Shown here piece after piece: positions 27,418 through 38,520 of a stretch of DNA of 38,704 bases. The translations under genes were made by a program, and so were the position numbers. The stretch's first letter is position 1, and each line of letters opens with the position of its first letter. The notes beneath the pieces were generated by a model that was not told the DNA's origin, did no database searches, and was given only the letters and a program-made list of their open reading frames with translations. Source of the stretch: an uncultured bacterium (GTDB lineage Bacteria; DAOPZR01); assembly GCA_964637655.1 (NCBI GenBank), contig CAZWUZ010000004.1, positions 1-38,704 of the forward strand. The letters run 5' to 3'.

Positions 27418-28143
27418 GTGAAAGGCGTTATCCTCGCGGGGGGGCTGGGCTCGCGCCTCGCCCCGCTGACCAAGATCACCAACAAGCATCTGCTCCCCGT
27501 CTACAACAAGCCGATGATCTACTACCCGATCGAGACGCTGGTCGATGCGGGGATCGACGAGATCATGGTGGTCACGGGCGGCAGCCACGCGGGCGATTTC
27601 CTGCGGCTGCTGGGGAACGGCGCGGAGTTCAAGCTGAAGGACCTGCGCTACGCCTACCAGGAAGGGGAAGGCGGCATCGCCGACGCGCTGCGCCTGGCGG
27701 CCAACTTCGTTTTCGACGATCGTTTCGTCGTCATCCTCGGCGACAATATCATCGAGAAGAGCATCCGCCCATACGTCGACCATTTCCGCGCGCAGACACG
27801 CGGGGCGCGCATTTTGCTCAAGGAAGTGCCCGACCCGCAGCGGTTCGGCGTGGCGCGTCTCGACGGCGACAAGGTGACAGAGATCATCGAAAAGCCGAAA
27901 AACCCGCCATCCACCTACGCGGTGACGGGAATCTACATGTACGACCCGCAGGTGTTCGAGTTCATCCGCGGACTCAAGCCGTCAGGGCGCGGCGAGCTGG
28001 AAATCACCGACGTCAACAACGCCTATTTACAGCGCGGCGAACTGCAGTACGACATCCTCGACGGCTGGTGGACGGACGCGGGAACGTTCCCGTCGCTCTA
28101 CCGCGCCACGCAGCTGGTGCACCAGAAACTCTACGGAGCGTGA
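27418..28143 (+). CDS. rfbA: Glucose-1-phosphate thymidylyltransferase (short RfbA/SpsI type)
   Basis: GVILAGGLGSRLAPLT, KHLLPVYNKPMIYYP, EKP, RGELEITD; SD AAGGAG plus GTG. Confidence 0.85.
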   Translation: MKGVILAGGLGSRLAPLTKITNKHLLPVYNKPMIYYPIETLVDAGIDEIMVVTGGSHAGDFLRLLGNGAEFKLKDLRYAYQEGEGGIADALRLAANFVFDDRFVVILGDNIIEKSIRPYVDHFRAQTRGARILLKEVPDPQRFGVARLDGDKVTEIIEKPKNPPSTYAVTGIYMYDPQVFEFIRGLKPSGRGELEITDVNNAYLQRGELQYDILDGWWTDAGTFPSLYRATQLVHQKLYGA

Positions 28144-28144
28144 G

Positions 28145-29164
<1,020 letters not shown>

Positions 29165-29170
29165 CGCGCC

Positions 29171-31363
29171 ATGGACCGCGACGCGGGACTCTTCTGCCGG
29201 CACGCGCTCCCGCTGCTGCTGCTGCTGGCCGCCGCGCTGCTCTATTTCAGTCCCGTCCTGACCGCAGACGGGATGTTCGCCGGTTCCGACATCCACCGGC
29301 AGTTCTTCTTCTGGCACAGTTTCGCGCGCGCGGAACTGCTCGACGGACGTTTCCCGCTGTGGGACCCGTACACCTTCGGCGGACGCCCGTTTTTCGCCGC
29401 GCTGCAGCCCGCGCTGCTCTACCCGCTGACCTGGCTCTACCTGCTGCCGTCATACCCGCTGGCGCTGCACCTCAACCTGCTGCTGAACCTCGCGCTGGCC
29501 GGTTTCTTCGCGTACCTGTACGTGGCGCGCGCCACCGGCGACCGCAGCGCCGGCCTGGTCGCGGGCGTCACCTACGCGTTTTCGGGGTTTGCCCTCACCT
29601 GCCTCTTTCTCGGGCATGTCAGCATCAGCAACTGCCTGCCGTGGCTGCCGCTGCTCTTTCTCGCGCTCGACCTGGCCGTGCGGCAGCCGGCGGCAGGGGC
29701 GGCGCTGCTGGCGACGGGATTCGCGCTGCTGCTCTTCGCGGGGCAGCCGCAATTCGCCTTCTACGCAGGCGTCGCCGCCGCGCTCTACGCTGTCGCGCGC
29801 GCCAGCGTGCTGCCGCAGCGCGGACGCTATCTGCTGACCGCAGCAACCGGCGCGGCGCTCGGCCTGCTGCTCGCCTCGGCGCAACTGCTGCCGACGCTGG
29901 AATTGAACGCGCGGTCAGCACGTCGCCTCGTGCCGATGGCCTGGGAGCAGGTCGTCTACCAGTCGCTGGTCCCGCTGCACCTGCCGCAGTTCATCGTCCC
30001 CGGGATTTTCGGCACCATCCCCGATGGCACCTATTTCTGGCAGTTGACGGGGTACGAGGAAGTGATGGAGTATGCCGGGCTCCCCGCGCTGCTGCTGGCA
30101 GGTATCGGCTGGCTGGCCGGCGCGGGACGGCGACGGCATTTCTTCGCCGCGCTGGCGGGTGCAGCACTGCTCGCCGCCTGCGGACAGCACCTGCCGTGCT
30201 ACCGCTGGCTGCACGATTTCGTGCCGGGCTTCGCACTCTTCCGCTGGCCGCTGCGCCTGCTCTGGCTCTGGAGTTTCGCTGTCGCCGTGCTGGCGGGGCT
30301 GGGACTGGCACGACTGCGTGACGGGCGCCTGCCCGCCGCACCTGCCGCGCGGATACGCCGCGCCGCGCAGGTGCTTGTCTGCCTGACACTCGCCGCCAGT
30401 GTCGTTCTCGCCGTCGCGGCCGCGCAGGAAGGCACGCTGGCCGACGCGCTCATCGCCCGCGCGCAGCAGGCCTATGACGCGCGCGGTCCGCAGCATGCGC
30501 GGCCCTTCGCCTGGTACGCGGAAAAGATCCCGGTCGTGCTGGGCGCGGCGCTGACCGCATCCGCGCGCAGCACGCTGGTGCTGCTGGCGTCGGCCATCCT
30601 GCTCACCCTCATGCTGCGCCAGGTGCGGCTGGTACGGTGGTGCAGCTATGCGTTCGTCCTGCTGCTGTTTGCCGATCTCTGGTCGGTAGCGCGCCCGTAC
30701 CTCGTGACGCGCGCGCTGCCCGACCGCGCGACGCTGGCGGCGCTTGTTCCCGAGCGCGTGCGCGAAGGCGAAACGCGCTACCTGTCGCTGGCGCAGGCGC
30801 TGCCGCAGAACAGCGGCATGTTCATCCGGCGCGAGGAACTGGGCGGCTACGACCCGCTGCTGACGGCCGACTGGTACCGGCTGGCGCAGCAGCACGACCG
30901 CGACGGGAAGGTGGACGAGAACGCGCCGCTGCAGGAACCCGACCTGTCGGTGCCGGCCTGGCGCTACCTCGGGCTGGCGGCGGTGCTGCATGACAGCGGC
31001 TGGCAGGAGTATCCCGCGGCGGCGCGCTATGTGCCCGCGGACCGGGTGGCCCTGCTGCGTTTCGCGCCCGGCGACCTGACGCTGGAGGTCGCTGACGGCA
31101 CGCGCGAAGTGCTCGTCCGCCAGCCGTATTATCCCGGCTGGCAGGCGGGAGCGCTGACGGCGTCCGGCCCGCAACCCGTTGCGGTTGAACCCGTACCCGA
31201 CCGCAGCGAGCTGACCGTCGTGCGGCTGCAGCTCCCCGAGGGGACGCAGCGGGTGCGCCTCACCTACCACCCGCCGTTCTTCCGCGCGGGACTGGCGCTG
31301 ACGCTCCTCGGCACGCTCCTGCTGCTCTGGCTGCTGTTGACAGCGCGACGGCGGCTGGAGTAG
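29171..31363 (+). CDS. YfhO-like GT-C membrane protein
   Basis: FPLWDPYTFGGRPF, YAFSGF, WLP, GQPQ, YYPGW; many TM segments. Confidence 0.8.
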   Translation: MDRDAGLFCRHALPLLLLLAAALLYFSPVLTADGMFAGSDIHRQFFFWHSFARAELLDGRFPLWDPYTFGGRPFFAALQPALLYPLTWLYLLPSYPLALHLNLLLNLALAGFFAYLYVARATGDRSAGLVAGVTYAFSGFALTCLFLGHVSISNCLPWLPLLFLALDLAVRQPAAGAALLATGFALLLFAGQPQFAFYAGVAAALYAVARASVLPQRGRYLLTAATGAALGLLLASAQLLPTLELNARSARRLVPMAWEQVVYQSLVPLHLPQFIVPGIFGTIPDGTYFWQLTGYEEVMEYAGLPALLLAGIGWLAGAGRRRHFFAALAGAALLAACGQHLPCYRWLHDFVPGFALFRWPLRLLWLWSFAVAVLAGLGLARLRDGRLPAAPAARIRRAAQVLVCLTLAASVVLAVAAAQEGTLADALIARAQQAYDARGPQHARPFAWYAEKIPVVLGAALTASARSTLVLLASAILLTLMLRQVRLVRWCSYAFVLLLFADLWSVARPYLVTRALPDRATLAALVPERVREGETRYLSLAQALPQNSGMFIRREELGGYDPLLTADWYRLAQQHDRDGKVDENAPLQEPDLSVPAWRYLGLAAVLHDSGWQEYPAAARYVPADRVALLRFAPGDLTLEVADGTREVLVRQPYYPGWQAGALTASGPQPVAVEPVPDRSELTVVRLQLPEGTQRVRLTYHPPFFRAGLALTLLGTLLLLWLLLTARRRLE

Positions 31364-31393
31364 GATTTCCGCATCCCGCATGGAGGTGGCCCC

Positions 31394-31801
31394 ATGGCCT
31401 TTATCGACTGGAGCAGCGCACTGAGCACCGGTGTCACGGAATTCGACAATCAGCACAGTAAACTCGTCGCCCTCGCCAACGAACTGCACGATGCGATGCG
31501 CGCGGGCAAGGCGAAGGACGTGCTCGGCACCATCCTCGGCAACCTCATCAGCTACACCGCGACGCATTTCGCGGCAGAGGAGCGGCTGATGGTGCAGCAC
31601 AACTATCCCGACAAGGCGGCGCATCAGATTGAACACCGCGCGCTGGTCGACAAGGTCAACGCCTTGAAGCGGGATTTCGACAGCGGCAAGGTCATGCTGT
31701 CGATGGAAGTGATGAATTTTCTCAAGGACTGGCTGGGAAAACACATCCAGGGTTCGGACAAGAAGTACGGCCCGTACTTCAACAGCAAGGGCGTGAAGTA
31801 G
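31394..31801 (+). CDS. Bacteriohemerythrin
   Basis: W...G...D.QH, HFAAEE, HQIEH, WLGKHIQGSD. Confidence 0.93.
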   Translation: MAFIDWSSALSTGVTEFDNQHSKLVALANELHDAMRAGKAKDVLGTILGNLISYTATHFAAEERLMVQHNYPDKAAHQIEHRALVDKVNALKRDFDSGKVMLSMEVMNFLKDWLGKHIQGSDKKYGPYFNSKGVK

Positions 31802-32466
31802 TGCGCCTCGCCGCTCTTCTGCTTCTGCTGCTGGCGGCGACACTGCCGGCGGCGGCGGATTCACCGCTCACCTCGACCCGCTTTGCCGAGACCTACCTCG
31901 ATGTGCCGATGGTCTGGCTGGCAGACACGCGCGGTGTGCTCACCCCGGCGCTGGCGGAATACCTCGCCGACCCGCTCGTCCCCATCGACGCGCGGGCCGC
32001 GGCCTGCAACGCGCTCGGCTGGGACATCGACGGGAAGTACAACGCCGAACTGTTCCGCGGCTGGCTGGCACTGCGCTACGGGGTGCGCCACACCGCTGTG
32101 GGTCCTGACCTGCTCACCGCGGACGAACTCTTCGTGCTCGGCTACCTGACCGCGCTGGACGATTACTTCCACCCGGAGCAGGCGCTGCCGTACCTGCAGG
32201 CGGCGCAACAGCGCAATCCCTCGTCGCTGACCGTCGCGCTCATCACGTTGCTGGCGGAGGCGCAGGCAGACCTCGGCAGCAACCGCAGCGCGCGCATCTG
32301 GCCGCGCACAGAAGCGCTGCTGCGCGACCCGTCGCTGCGCCGCGGCCTGCGTCCTGCGGCGCTCACCGCCATCGTCAATTATCTCGTGCTCTACCGTGCG
32401 GAAGCGGCAGTTGACACCGACACCCCGTCGTCCGTGGCCCCCGTCACCACCACGTCCACGAACTGA
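31801..32466 (+). CDS. Exported hypothetical protein
   Basis: Signal peptide then ADSPLTST; start overlaps the hemerythrin stop. Confidence 0.7.
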   Translation: MRLAALLLLLLAATLPAAADSPLTSTRFAETYLDVPMVWLADTRGVLTPALAEYLADPLVPIDARAAACNALGWDIDGKYNAELFRGWLALRYGVRHTAVGPDLLTADELFVLGYLTALDDYFHPEQALPYLQAAQQRNPSSLTVALITLLAEAQADLGSNRSARIWPRTEALLRDPSLRRGLRPAALTAIVNYLVLYRAEAAVDTDTPSSVAPVTTTSTN

Positions 32467-33578
32467 TTGGCCGGCACTGATGCGGGCAGGCGCACCGCCT
32501 GGTAGGTTTCGGTGTAGCCGCGCCCCGCGCGTTCCGTCAGCACCGTCTGCCGCGTCCCGATGAGCAGTTCCCGGTAGGTGCGTGCCGTTGCTGCCACCGT
32601 CGCGGCCAGGCGCGTGACACGTTCCTGCGCCACGCGTTCAGGAACGCGTCCGGGAAACGATGCCGCGGGGGTCCCGGGGCGCGGCGAAAAGGGGAACGCA
32701 TGCACGCGCGCAAGCTGATACGCGCGCGCCACGTGTTCCGTCGCGGCAAAATCGTCCTCCGTCTCGCCGGGAAACCCGGTGATGCAGTCGGCGGTCAGCG
32801 CCGCCAGCGGCAGGCGGGCGCGGAGGCGTGTCAGCAGCCGGTCGAGGTCGGCGCGTCCGTAGGGGCGGCGCATGCGGCGCAGCACGTCGTCCGACCCGCT
32901 CTGCAGCGGCAGGTGGAGGTGCGGGCAGAGACGCGGCTGCTGCGCCGCGATGAGGTCGAGCAGCGCATCGGTCACCGTGTGCGGTTCGAGCGAACTGAGC
33001 CGCAGGCGGAAGGCGCCGGGGAGCGCCAGCGCCTGTTGCAGAAAAGCGACGAGATCAGTGTCGCCGTGGCGGTAGGAGGCGAGGTGCAGACCGGTGAGCA
33101 CGATCTCTTTCGCGCCCGCCTCCACCCACGCGCGTACCTGTGCCAGCGCTGCGGCCGGTTCCGCGTGCCACTCACCGGGCCGCAGCGAGGGAATAATGCA
33201 GTAGGCGCAGCGGTGCGAGCAGCCATCCTGCAGTTTCAGCGTGCGGCGGGTGCGACGTGGCGGGGCGGGCAGGGCAGGGTCCGCTGCCGGCGGCAGCGAC
33301 GGCCAGCCCTGCAGCACCAGTTCGACCCCGGCAGGCGCACCGCCCGTCGCCTGCCAGTGCCGGGCGAGGCAGCCCGTGACAGCGATGCGCGGCACGCCCA
33401 GCCGCAGCCAGCGGTGGATGTGCTGGCGCGCGGTGCGCTCACTGCGCGCGGTGACGGCGCAGCCATGCAGCACGCAGAGCGACGCGGCGGCAGGCGCGGC
33501 GACGAGCGGTATGCCGTCCCAGGCCTCCGCCTCCGCGCGGTTGAGCCGGCACCCGAGCACGTGCAGGTAGACACTCAT
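32391..33578 (-). CDS. mtaB: MtaB-like radical SAM tRNA methylthiotransferase
   Basis: LGCRLN, CAVT, QDGCSHRCAYCIIP, RLRLSSLEP, PLQSGSD, GFPGET, FSPRPGT; downstream of rsmE. Confidence 0.85.
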   Translation of the reverse strand: MSVYLHVLGCRLNRAEAEAWDGIPLVAAPAAASLCVLHGCAVTARSERTARQHIHRWLRLGVPRIAVTGCLARHWQATGGAPAGVELVLQGWPSLPPAADPALPAPPRRTRRTLKLQDGCSHRCAYCIIPSLRPGEWHAEPAAALAQVRAWVEAGAKEIVLTGLHLASYRHGDTDLVAFLQQALALPGAFRLRLSSLEPHTVTDALLDLIAAQQPRLCPHLHLPLQSGSDDVLRRMRRPYGRADLDRLLTRLRARLPLAALTADCITGFPGETEDDFAATEHVARAYQLARVHAFPFSPRPGTPAASFPGRVPERVAQERVTRLAATVAATARTYRELLIGTRQTVLTERAGRGYTETYQAVRLPASVPANQFVDVVVTGATDDGVSVSTAASAR

Positions 33579-33602
33579 CGCCCTGCCCACGTCCGTAACT
33601 GC

Positions 33603-33960
33603 TTCACCACAGAGCACACAGAGCACGCAGAGAACTGTGCAGCCAGTACGTCCCCTCTCCCCCAGGGAGAGGGCGACGCGCAGCGTCGGGTGAGGGGCTT
33701 CGTCCAGCCATGCCCCTCCCTCACCTGCCGCTCCGCGGCTCCCTCTCCCGGTGGGAGAGGAAAACAGAGAAGCGGTTGAACAGTTGCGAACGCGGGGCGT
33801 TTGCGTGGTTGCATACGTGCAGTTGCCTGTCCCTGTCTGCTGCTGTTTTCGTCCGCCGCAGGCGGATGTCCTTCTCCCCGTGTATGCTCCCCGTGTGTTC
33901 CATGTTCCCCGTGGTAAAGCAGCAGGTGTTTTCTGCGTGCTCTGTGTGCTCAGCGGTGAA
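33603..33960. repeat. MITE-like composite with 32-bp imperfect terminal inverted repeats
   Basis: 33603-33634 matches the reverse complement of 33929-33960 at 29/32 positions; encloses CCCTCTCCC palindromes. Confidence 0.65.
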
Positions 33961-33975
33961 CATCAGCAGGCCTGT

Positions 33976-34650
33976 TCAGCGGGTGAGGTAGCGGACAACG
34001 GCGAGGGCGGCGAGGGCCGCCTGCTCGACGCGCAGCACCGACGGGCCGAGCGCGACCGCCGTCGCACCCGCCGCGCGAATGGCCGCGTACTCGTCGTCCG
34101 CGAACCCGCTTTCGGGTCCGAGGATGAGTGCCAGCGGCGTATCGGCCGCGGGCGGCTGCCACGCGCCGCCGCCCGCATCGAGCAGCAGCAGGTGCGCGCC
34201 CGATACCGTCGCGAGCGCTTCCGCCAGCGGTACGGGTCCGGTCAGGCGCGGCAGGTGGCAGGAGTGCGCGACACGTCCGGCATCTTCGAGCACCCCCTGC
34301 CAGCGCGCGAGGTTGCCCGCGTCACGCACTTTGCCCTTGCGCGGCGTCCAGACGACAACCTGCGCGGCGCCATAGGCAGACGCGGCGCGCAGCACATCGC
34401 GCATCTTGGCGCCGGCGAGCAGCGGGAGGAGCAGCGTGAGCGGCGCGGCGAACGGGTGCGGCTGCGTGCCACGCTGCTGCACCTGCACCGCGTCACCGGC
34501 CAGCACGCCGTCGGCAAAAACGCCGCGCCCGTCGCTGACCCGCACCGCCGCGCCGTCAGCACAGCGCAGCACACGACGCAGGTAATGCCGCTGCTCCGTA
34601 TTCAGCAGGCAGTCGCCGGCGGCAGGCAGGTCGCCATAGAGCAGGTGCAT
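33976..34650 (-). CDS. rsmE: 16S rRNA m3U1498 methyltransferase RsmE
   Basis: HYLRRVLR, ILGPESGF, LGPSVLRVEQA. Confidence 0.85.
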   Translation of the reverse strand: MHLLYGDLPAAGDCLLNTEQRHYLRRVLRCADGAAVRVSDGRGVFADGVLAGDAVQVQQRGTQPHPFAAPLTLLLPLLAGAKMRDVLRAASAYGAAQVVVWTPRKGKVRDAGNLARWQGVLEDAGRVAHSCHLPRLTGPVPLAEALATVSGAHLLLLDAGGGAWQPPAADTPLALILGPESGFADDEYAAIRAAGATAVALGPSVLRVEQAALAALAVVRYLTR

Positions 34651-34666
34651 GGGCAGCGGGAACCGG

Positions 34667-35017
34667 TCAGAGCGGCGTGGAATCGCCGGTGGTGCCGAGA
34701 GAGCGCAGCACGCGCTCATCCACCGGGTCAGGGAGGGCGGATTCGCCGCGCGCAGCGGCAGCGACGGTACGCTGGTACTCAGTGATGACGGCCTCGGTGA
34801 TCATGCGGCGCGTTTCGTTGTTGAGCGGATGCGCAACGTTGACATATTCGCCGTCGCGGAGTTTGCGGTCGGGCATGGCGATGAACAGGCCGGTGCCCCC
34901 CTCGATGATGCGGATATTGTGCACCATGAAACAGTCGTCGAACGTGATGGTGGCAAAGCCCTTGAGCTTGTTATCCGGGCGCTCGAACAGGCGTACCCGC
35001 ACATCGGTTACCCGCAT
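34667..35017 (-). CDS. spoVG: SpoVG family nucleic-acid-binding protein
   Basis: MRVTDVRVR...LKGFATITFDDCFMVHNIRIIEG..GLFIAMP...AHP. Confidence 0.92.
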   Translation of the reverse strand: MRVTDVRVRLFERPDNKLKGFATITFDDCFMVHNIRIIEGGTGLFIAMPDRKLRDGEYVNVAHPLNNETRRMITEAVITEYQRTVAAAARGESALPDPVDERVLRSLGTTGDSTPL

Positions 35018-35044
35018 TGCCGCCACCTCCCCGCCGCTGTCGCG

Positions 35045-35761
35045 TCAGTAGATATTGGTCAGCACGACGTTGCCCCTGCGGTCGGTAAACTGCCGCAGGG
35101 GGCGCGTCACCGGGGTCACATCCGCCCCGCCGGTGAAGTTCCCCGTCTGATAGGCCTTGAGCACCACCTGCACGTAATTGCGCGTTTCCGGGTAAGGCGG
35201 AATGCCGCCATGTTCCTCAACGGCGCCCGGTCCCGCGTTGTAGGCGGCGACGGTCTTGACCACGTCGCCGGCAAACCGCTTCTGCATCAGCGAGAGGTAC
35301 TTGATTCCCGCATGGATGTTGGTCTCGAGGTCGGCGAGGTTGCTCAGCCCCAGCGAGGCGCCGGTCGCCGGCATCACCTGCATGATCCCCATGGCCCCCT
35401 GGTCAGAGGTGCGCACCGAGCCGTCATCGTTGGTGTGACGCATGGCTGACTCAGCAAGCATCACCGCCTTGACGAGATTGATATCCACCCCGTAGCGGGC
35501 GCAGTACTTGACCAGCAGCGACTCGAACGCGGTCGGCTGGAAGGCACCGGGTGCCGCCGCTTCGCCCGCGGTACCCGCCGCGCCCGCGGTTCCTTCCGTC
35601 AGTGCCGGCTGAAACTGCTCGGTACGCTGGATATTGCTCAGCACATAGACCCCGTCCTGCAGGGTATAGTAGACGTCAGCCGCCGCGGCAAAGGCGGTGA
35701 AGACCGCACCCGCCAGGGCAACGATGACGAGCTGCGCGCGGCAGGCGCGCACGGGCATCAT
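35045..35761 (-). CDS. Lytic transglycosylase (SLT domain)
   Basis: AVMLAES, GAMGIMQVMP, AAYNAGPG, GIPPYPETRNYV. Confidence 0.9.
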   Translation of the reverse strand: MMPVRACRAQLVIVALAGAVFTAFAAAADVYYTLQDGVYVLSNIQRTEQFQPALTEGTAGAAGTAGEAAAPGAFQPTAFESLLVKYCARYGVDINLVKAVMLAESAMRHTNDDGSVRTSDQGAMGIMQVMPATGASLGLSNLADLETNIHAGIKYLSLMQKRFAGDVVKTVAAYNAGPGAVEEHGGIPPYPETRNYVQVVLKAYQTGNFTGGADVTPVTRPLRQFTDRRGNVVLTNIY

Positions 35762-35763
35762 GG

Positions 35764-37176
35764 TCAGTACGCCCCCAGCGAGTTGAGGTAGCTCTGCGCC
35801 GTCGCGTTGTTCGGGTCGAGCTGCAGCACCCGCCGCCACGCGGCGATGGCGCGCGTGCTGTCGCCCGCCTTGTAGTAGGACAGGCCGAGCCACAGCTGCG
35901 CCTCGGCGTCCGACGGGTTGAGCTGCGCCGAGGCGTTATACGCGTTGACCGCGTCGCCAAAGCGTTCCAGCTGGTAATAGGAAACCCCGAGGTTGAAATA
36001 GGCAAGCGCGTTCTGCGGCTCGTACGTCGTCGCTTCCTGGTAGGCCAGCGCCGACGTCGCGTAGTCGCGGTTGCGGAAGGCCTCGTCACCGCGTGCCAGC
36101 GCCTGCCGCGCGCGTTCCGCCGGGCTCACCTGCGGCGCCGGGGCGGGCGTGTAGGCCGGCGCCGTCGGGGCCGCCGGCGGCGGCGTGTAGGCCGGGGCGG
36201 ACGAATACGGGGAGGATGACGACGGGCCCGCGGGCGCGCTGTAGGTGCCGCGCCGGCTGCCGCCCATGTCGAACATCTTGGTGATGCCGCCGTAGATGGC
36301 AAAGTCCGGGGCGCCGTCGGAGAGGCCGAACCCGACGGTGGCATTGAGCAGCAGGTCCTGCTGCATCTGGTACTTGACGCCAAGGTCAGCCGCGAGGTAA
36401 TTGTCGCCACCCGCCACGGTCGACGTCTGCGACCACTTGTCATACGGCGACTGCCAGCCGTGGATCTCGGCAAGGATGTTCAGATTGTTCTGGTAGGGGT
36501 ACTCGAATCCGACCCCGTAGGTGAAGATGTTCTCGTAGCCGGTCAGCTGCTGGGCGAACTGACTCGGCACGCCACCGAGGTTGTGGTCCCCGCTTTTCAT
36601 GACCCAGCCCAGCTTGCCATGCAGCGTGCCCACACCCATGTTCGAGGTGAAGAACCCGGTGATACCGACATCAAAGCCGTCCATGCCGCGGTAGATCTTG
36701 TTGTCACCGGCAAACGAGGCATTGACCTCAGCCGCGATCTGCGGGTTGAACAGGTACTTGGCATAGGCCTGCACGTATTCCAGCCCGTTATCGTCGATGT
36801 CGACATTGTTGGAGGCGCCAACGCCGGGGAAGAGCGGCCCGGTCGTGCTGTACTTGCCGCTGTTCGACTCGTACGCCAGCCGCCCGCCCAGTTCGAGATT
36901 GTCCATGTAGCCGTAGCCGCCGCTGAGCAGAAACTGGAACGAGCTGAAGTCGTCACTGTTCTCGCTGTTGAACTTGATCCCGCTGCCGTAATCGAACCCG
37001 CCGTCGAGGCGCAGCATGCCGACGTCCGCCACCTGCGCGGCGCCCACATGCGGGGTTCCCTGCACGGCAATGCCGCCGCGCGGCGCATAGACGCCCGTCG
37101 GACTGTTCCAGTCAGCCGCGGCGGGAACCGCCAGCAGCAGCGCACCTGCAAGTACCATCAGCACATTCTTCATCAT
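35764..37176 (-). CDS. Exported protein with beta-strand-rich (barrel-like) domain, Pro/Ala linker and C-terminal TPRs
   Basis: Signal peptide; alternating aromatic/Gly strands; AYFNLGVSYY and AQLWLGLSYY TPR repeats. Confidence 0.8.
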   Translation of the reverse strand: MMKNVLMVLAGALLLAVPAAADWNSPTGVYAPRGGIAVQGTPHVGAAQVADVGMLRLDGGFDYGSGIKFNSENSDDFSSFQFLLSGGYGYMDNLELGGRLAYESNSGKYSTTGPLFPGVGASNNVDIDDNGLEYVQAYAKYLFNPQIAAEVNASFAGDNKIYRGMDGFDVGITGFFTSNMGVGTLHGKLGWVMKSGDHNLGGVPSQFAQQLTGYENIFTYGVGFEYPYQNNLNILAEIHGWQSPYDKWSQTSTVAGGDNYLAADLGVKYQMQQDLLLNATVGFGLSDGAPDFAIYGGITKMFDMGGSRRGTYSAPAGPSSSSPYSSAPAYTPPPAAPTAPAYTPAPAPQVSPAERARQALARGDEAFRNRDYATSALAYQEATTYEPQNALAYFNLGVSYYQLERFGDAVNAYNASAQLNPSDAEAQLWLGLSYYKAGDSTRAIAAWRRVLQLDPNNATAQSYLNSLGAY

Positions 37177-37287
37177 AACACCCCTCGCCTGATTGTTGTG
37201 CAACATATCAATTAATTGTACGTGAACGGGCGGTCTCTGTCAAGTGCCCCGCTTGACTTGCCGGCAGGCAGACACTATACTCGCCCC

Positions 37288-38511
37288 ATGCTGCGTTCCC
37301 TGCTCCGGCACCGCCGGCCCCTGCTCTGGTCGCTGTTCGCCCTTGCCCTGCTGCTCCGCGCGGGGTATGCCTTCGGTGTCGTTGGTGATGACGGGTTCCC
37401 GCAGGGGGTGGAATACTACCCGTACGCCGAGAATCTCGCCGCCGGGCGCGGCTACTACCAGGACTTCCCGCAGTACGGCTACACGCTCTATTCGCGACGT
37501 CCGCCGCTGCTGCCGCTCATCCTTGCCGCGCTCAACGTTTTCTTCGGCGATGCCTACAAGTGGGCGGGACGCGCCGTCTACGTGCTGGCCAGCGCCGCCA
37601 CGGTGCCGGTCACCTACCTGCTGGCACGGCAGTTGTACAACCGTCCGGTCGCCCTGCTGGCCGCGGCCCTGATGGCGGTGAATCCGGAGGCCACCTACTA
37701 TTGCATCCAGCTCAATCCCGCCATCCTGATGATGCTGCTGACCGCGCTCTGGCTGCTCTTTGTGCTGCGCGCCGCCCGGGGCGGACGGCCTTTGGACCTG
37801 CTGCTCGGCGCTTTATTTATCGGACTGTCGCTGCTGCTGCGCCCGCATTTTCTCTACTTCATTCCCGTTATCGCCGCGTACTTCTGTTTCCGGCTGCCGC
37901 GGGCGCGCGCCGCCGGCGCCATACTTGCCCTGCTGGCGGTACTCGGGGCCCTGCTCGCCCCGTGGGCGCTGCGCACCTGGCGGCTGCACGGCACCCCCCT
38001 GCTCGGGCCGACCCTGGTCTGGCGCGAATTTGTCGTCGCCAACAACCCGCGCGCGGTGGACAACCCGCTCGGTTTCGTCATGGACGAAGTGGACGAGGAG
38101 TTGTACCGGCTCGGCGAGGCGGAGGTCGACCGGCTGATGTTCGCGCGCGGCATGCAGTTCGTCCGCGAGCACCCCGGCATGTTCCTGGAACTCTGTTTCG
38201 ACCGTTTCGTCCGCCTCTGGCGTTTCTACCCGCACCTTGAATTTGTCGACTGGAAATATGCCGCCGTCATGCTCGTCTCGTACGGGCTGTTCGTTCCCTT
38301 CATGCTGTGGGGACTGGTCGCGGCGGCGCGGCGGCGCTGGCGCACGCACCTGCTGCTCTGGCTGCTGCTCATCTACTACTCGGCCATCTGCTCCATCGTC
38401 GTCAGCTATACCCGCTACCGGCTCACCCTGCAGGCATTGCTGCTGACGTTTGCCGCCGCCGGGTTGTGGGCTGCCTGGCAGACCTGGCAGCGCCGCCGCG
38501 CCCGCGCCTGA
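37288..38511 (+). CDS. ArnT/GT39-like membrane glycosyltransferase
   Basis: AENLAAGRGY, RPPL, LLRP, PWALR, RYR; multi-TM. Confidence 0.8.
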   Translation: MLRSLLRHRRPLLWSLFALALLLRAGYAFGVVGDDGFPQGVEYYPYAENLAAGRGYYQDFPQYGYTLYSRRPPLLPLILAALNVFFGDAYKWAGRAVYVLASAATVPVTYLLARQLYNRPVALLAAALMAVNPEATYYCIQLNPAILMMLLTALWLLFVLRAARGGRPLDLLLGALFIGLSLLLRPHFLYFIPVIAAYFCFRLPRARAAGAILALLAVLGALLAPWALRTWRLHGTPLLGPTLVWREFVVANNPRAVDNPLGFVMDEVDEELYRLGEAEVDRLMFARGMQFVREHPGMFLELCFDRFVRLWRFYPHLEFVDWKYAAVMLVSYGLFVPFMLWGLVAAARRRWRTHLLLWLLLIYYSAICSIVVSYTRYRLTLQALLLTFAAAGLWAAWQTWQRRRARA

Positions 38512-38520
38512 GCCGCACCC

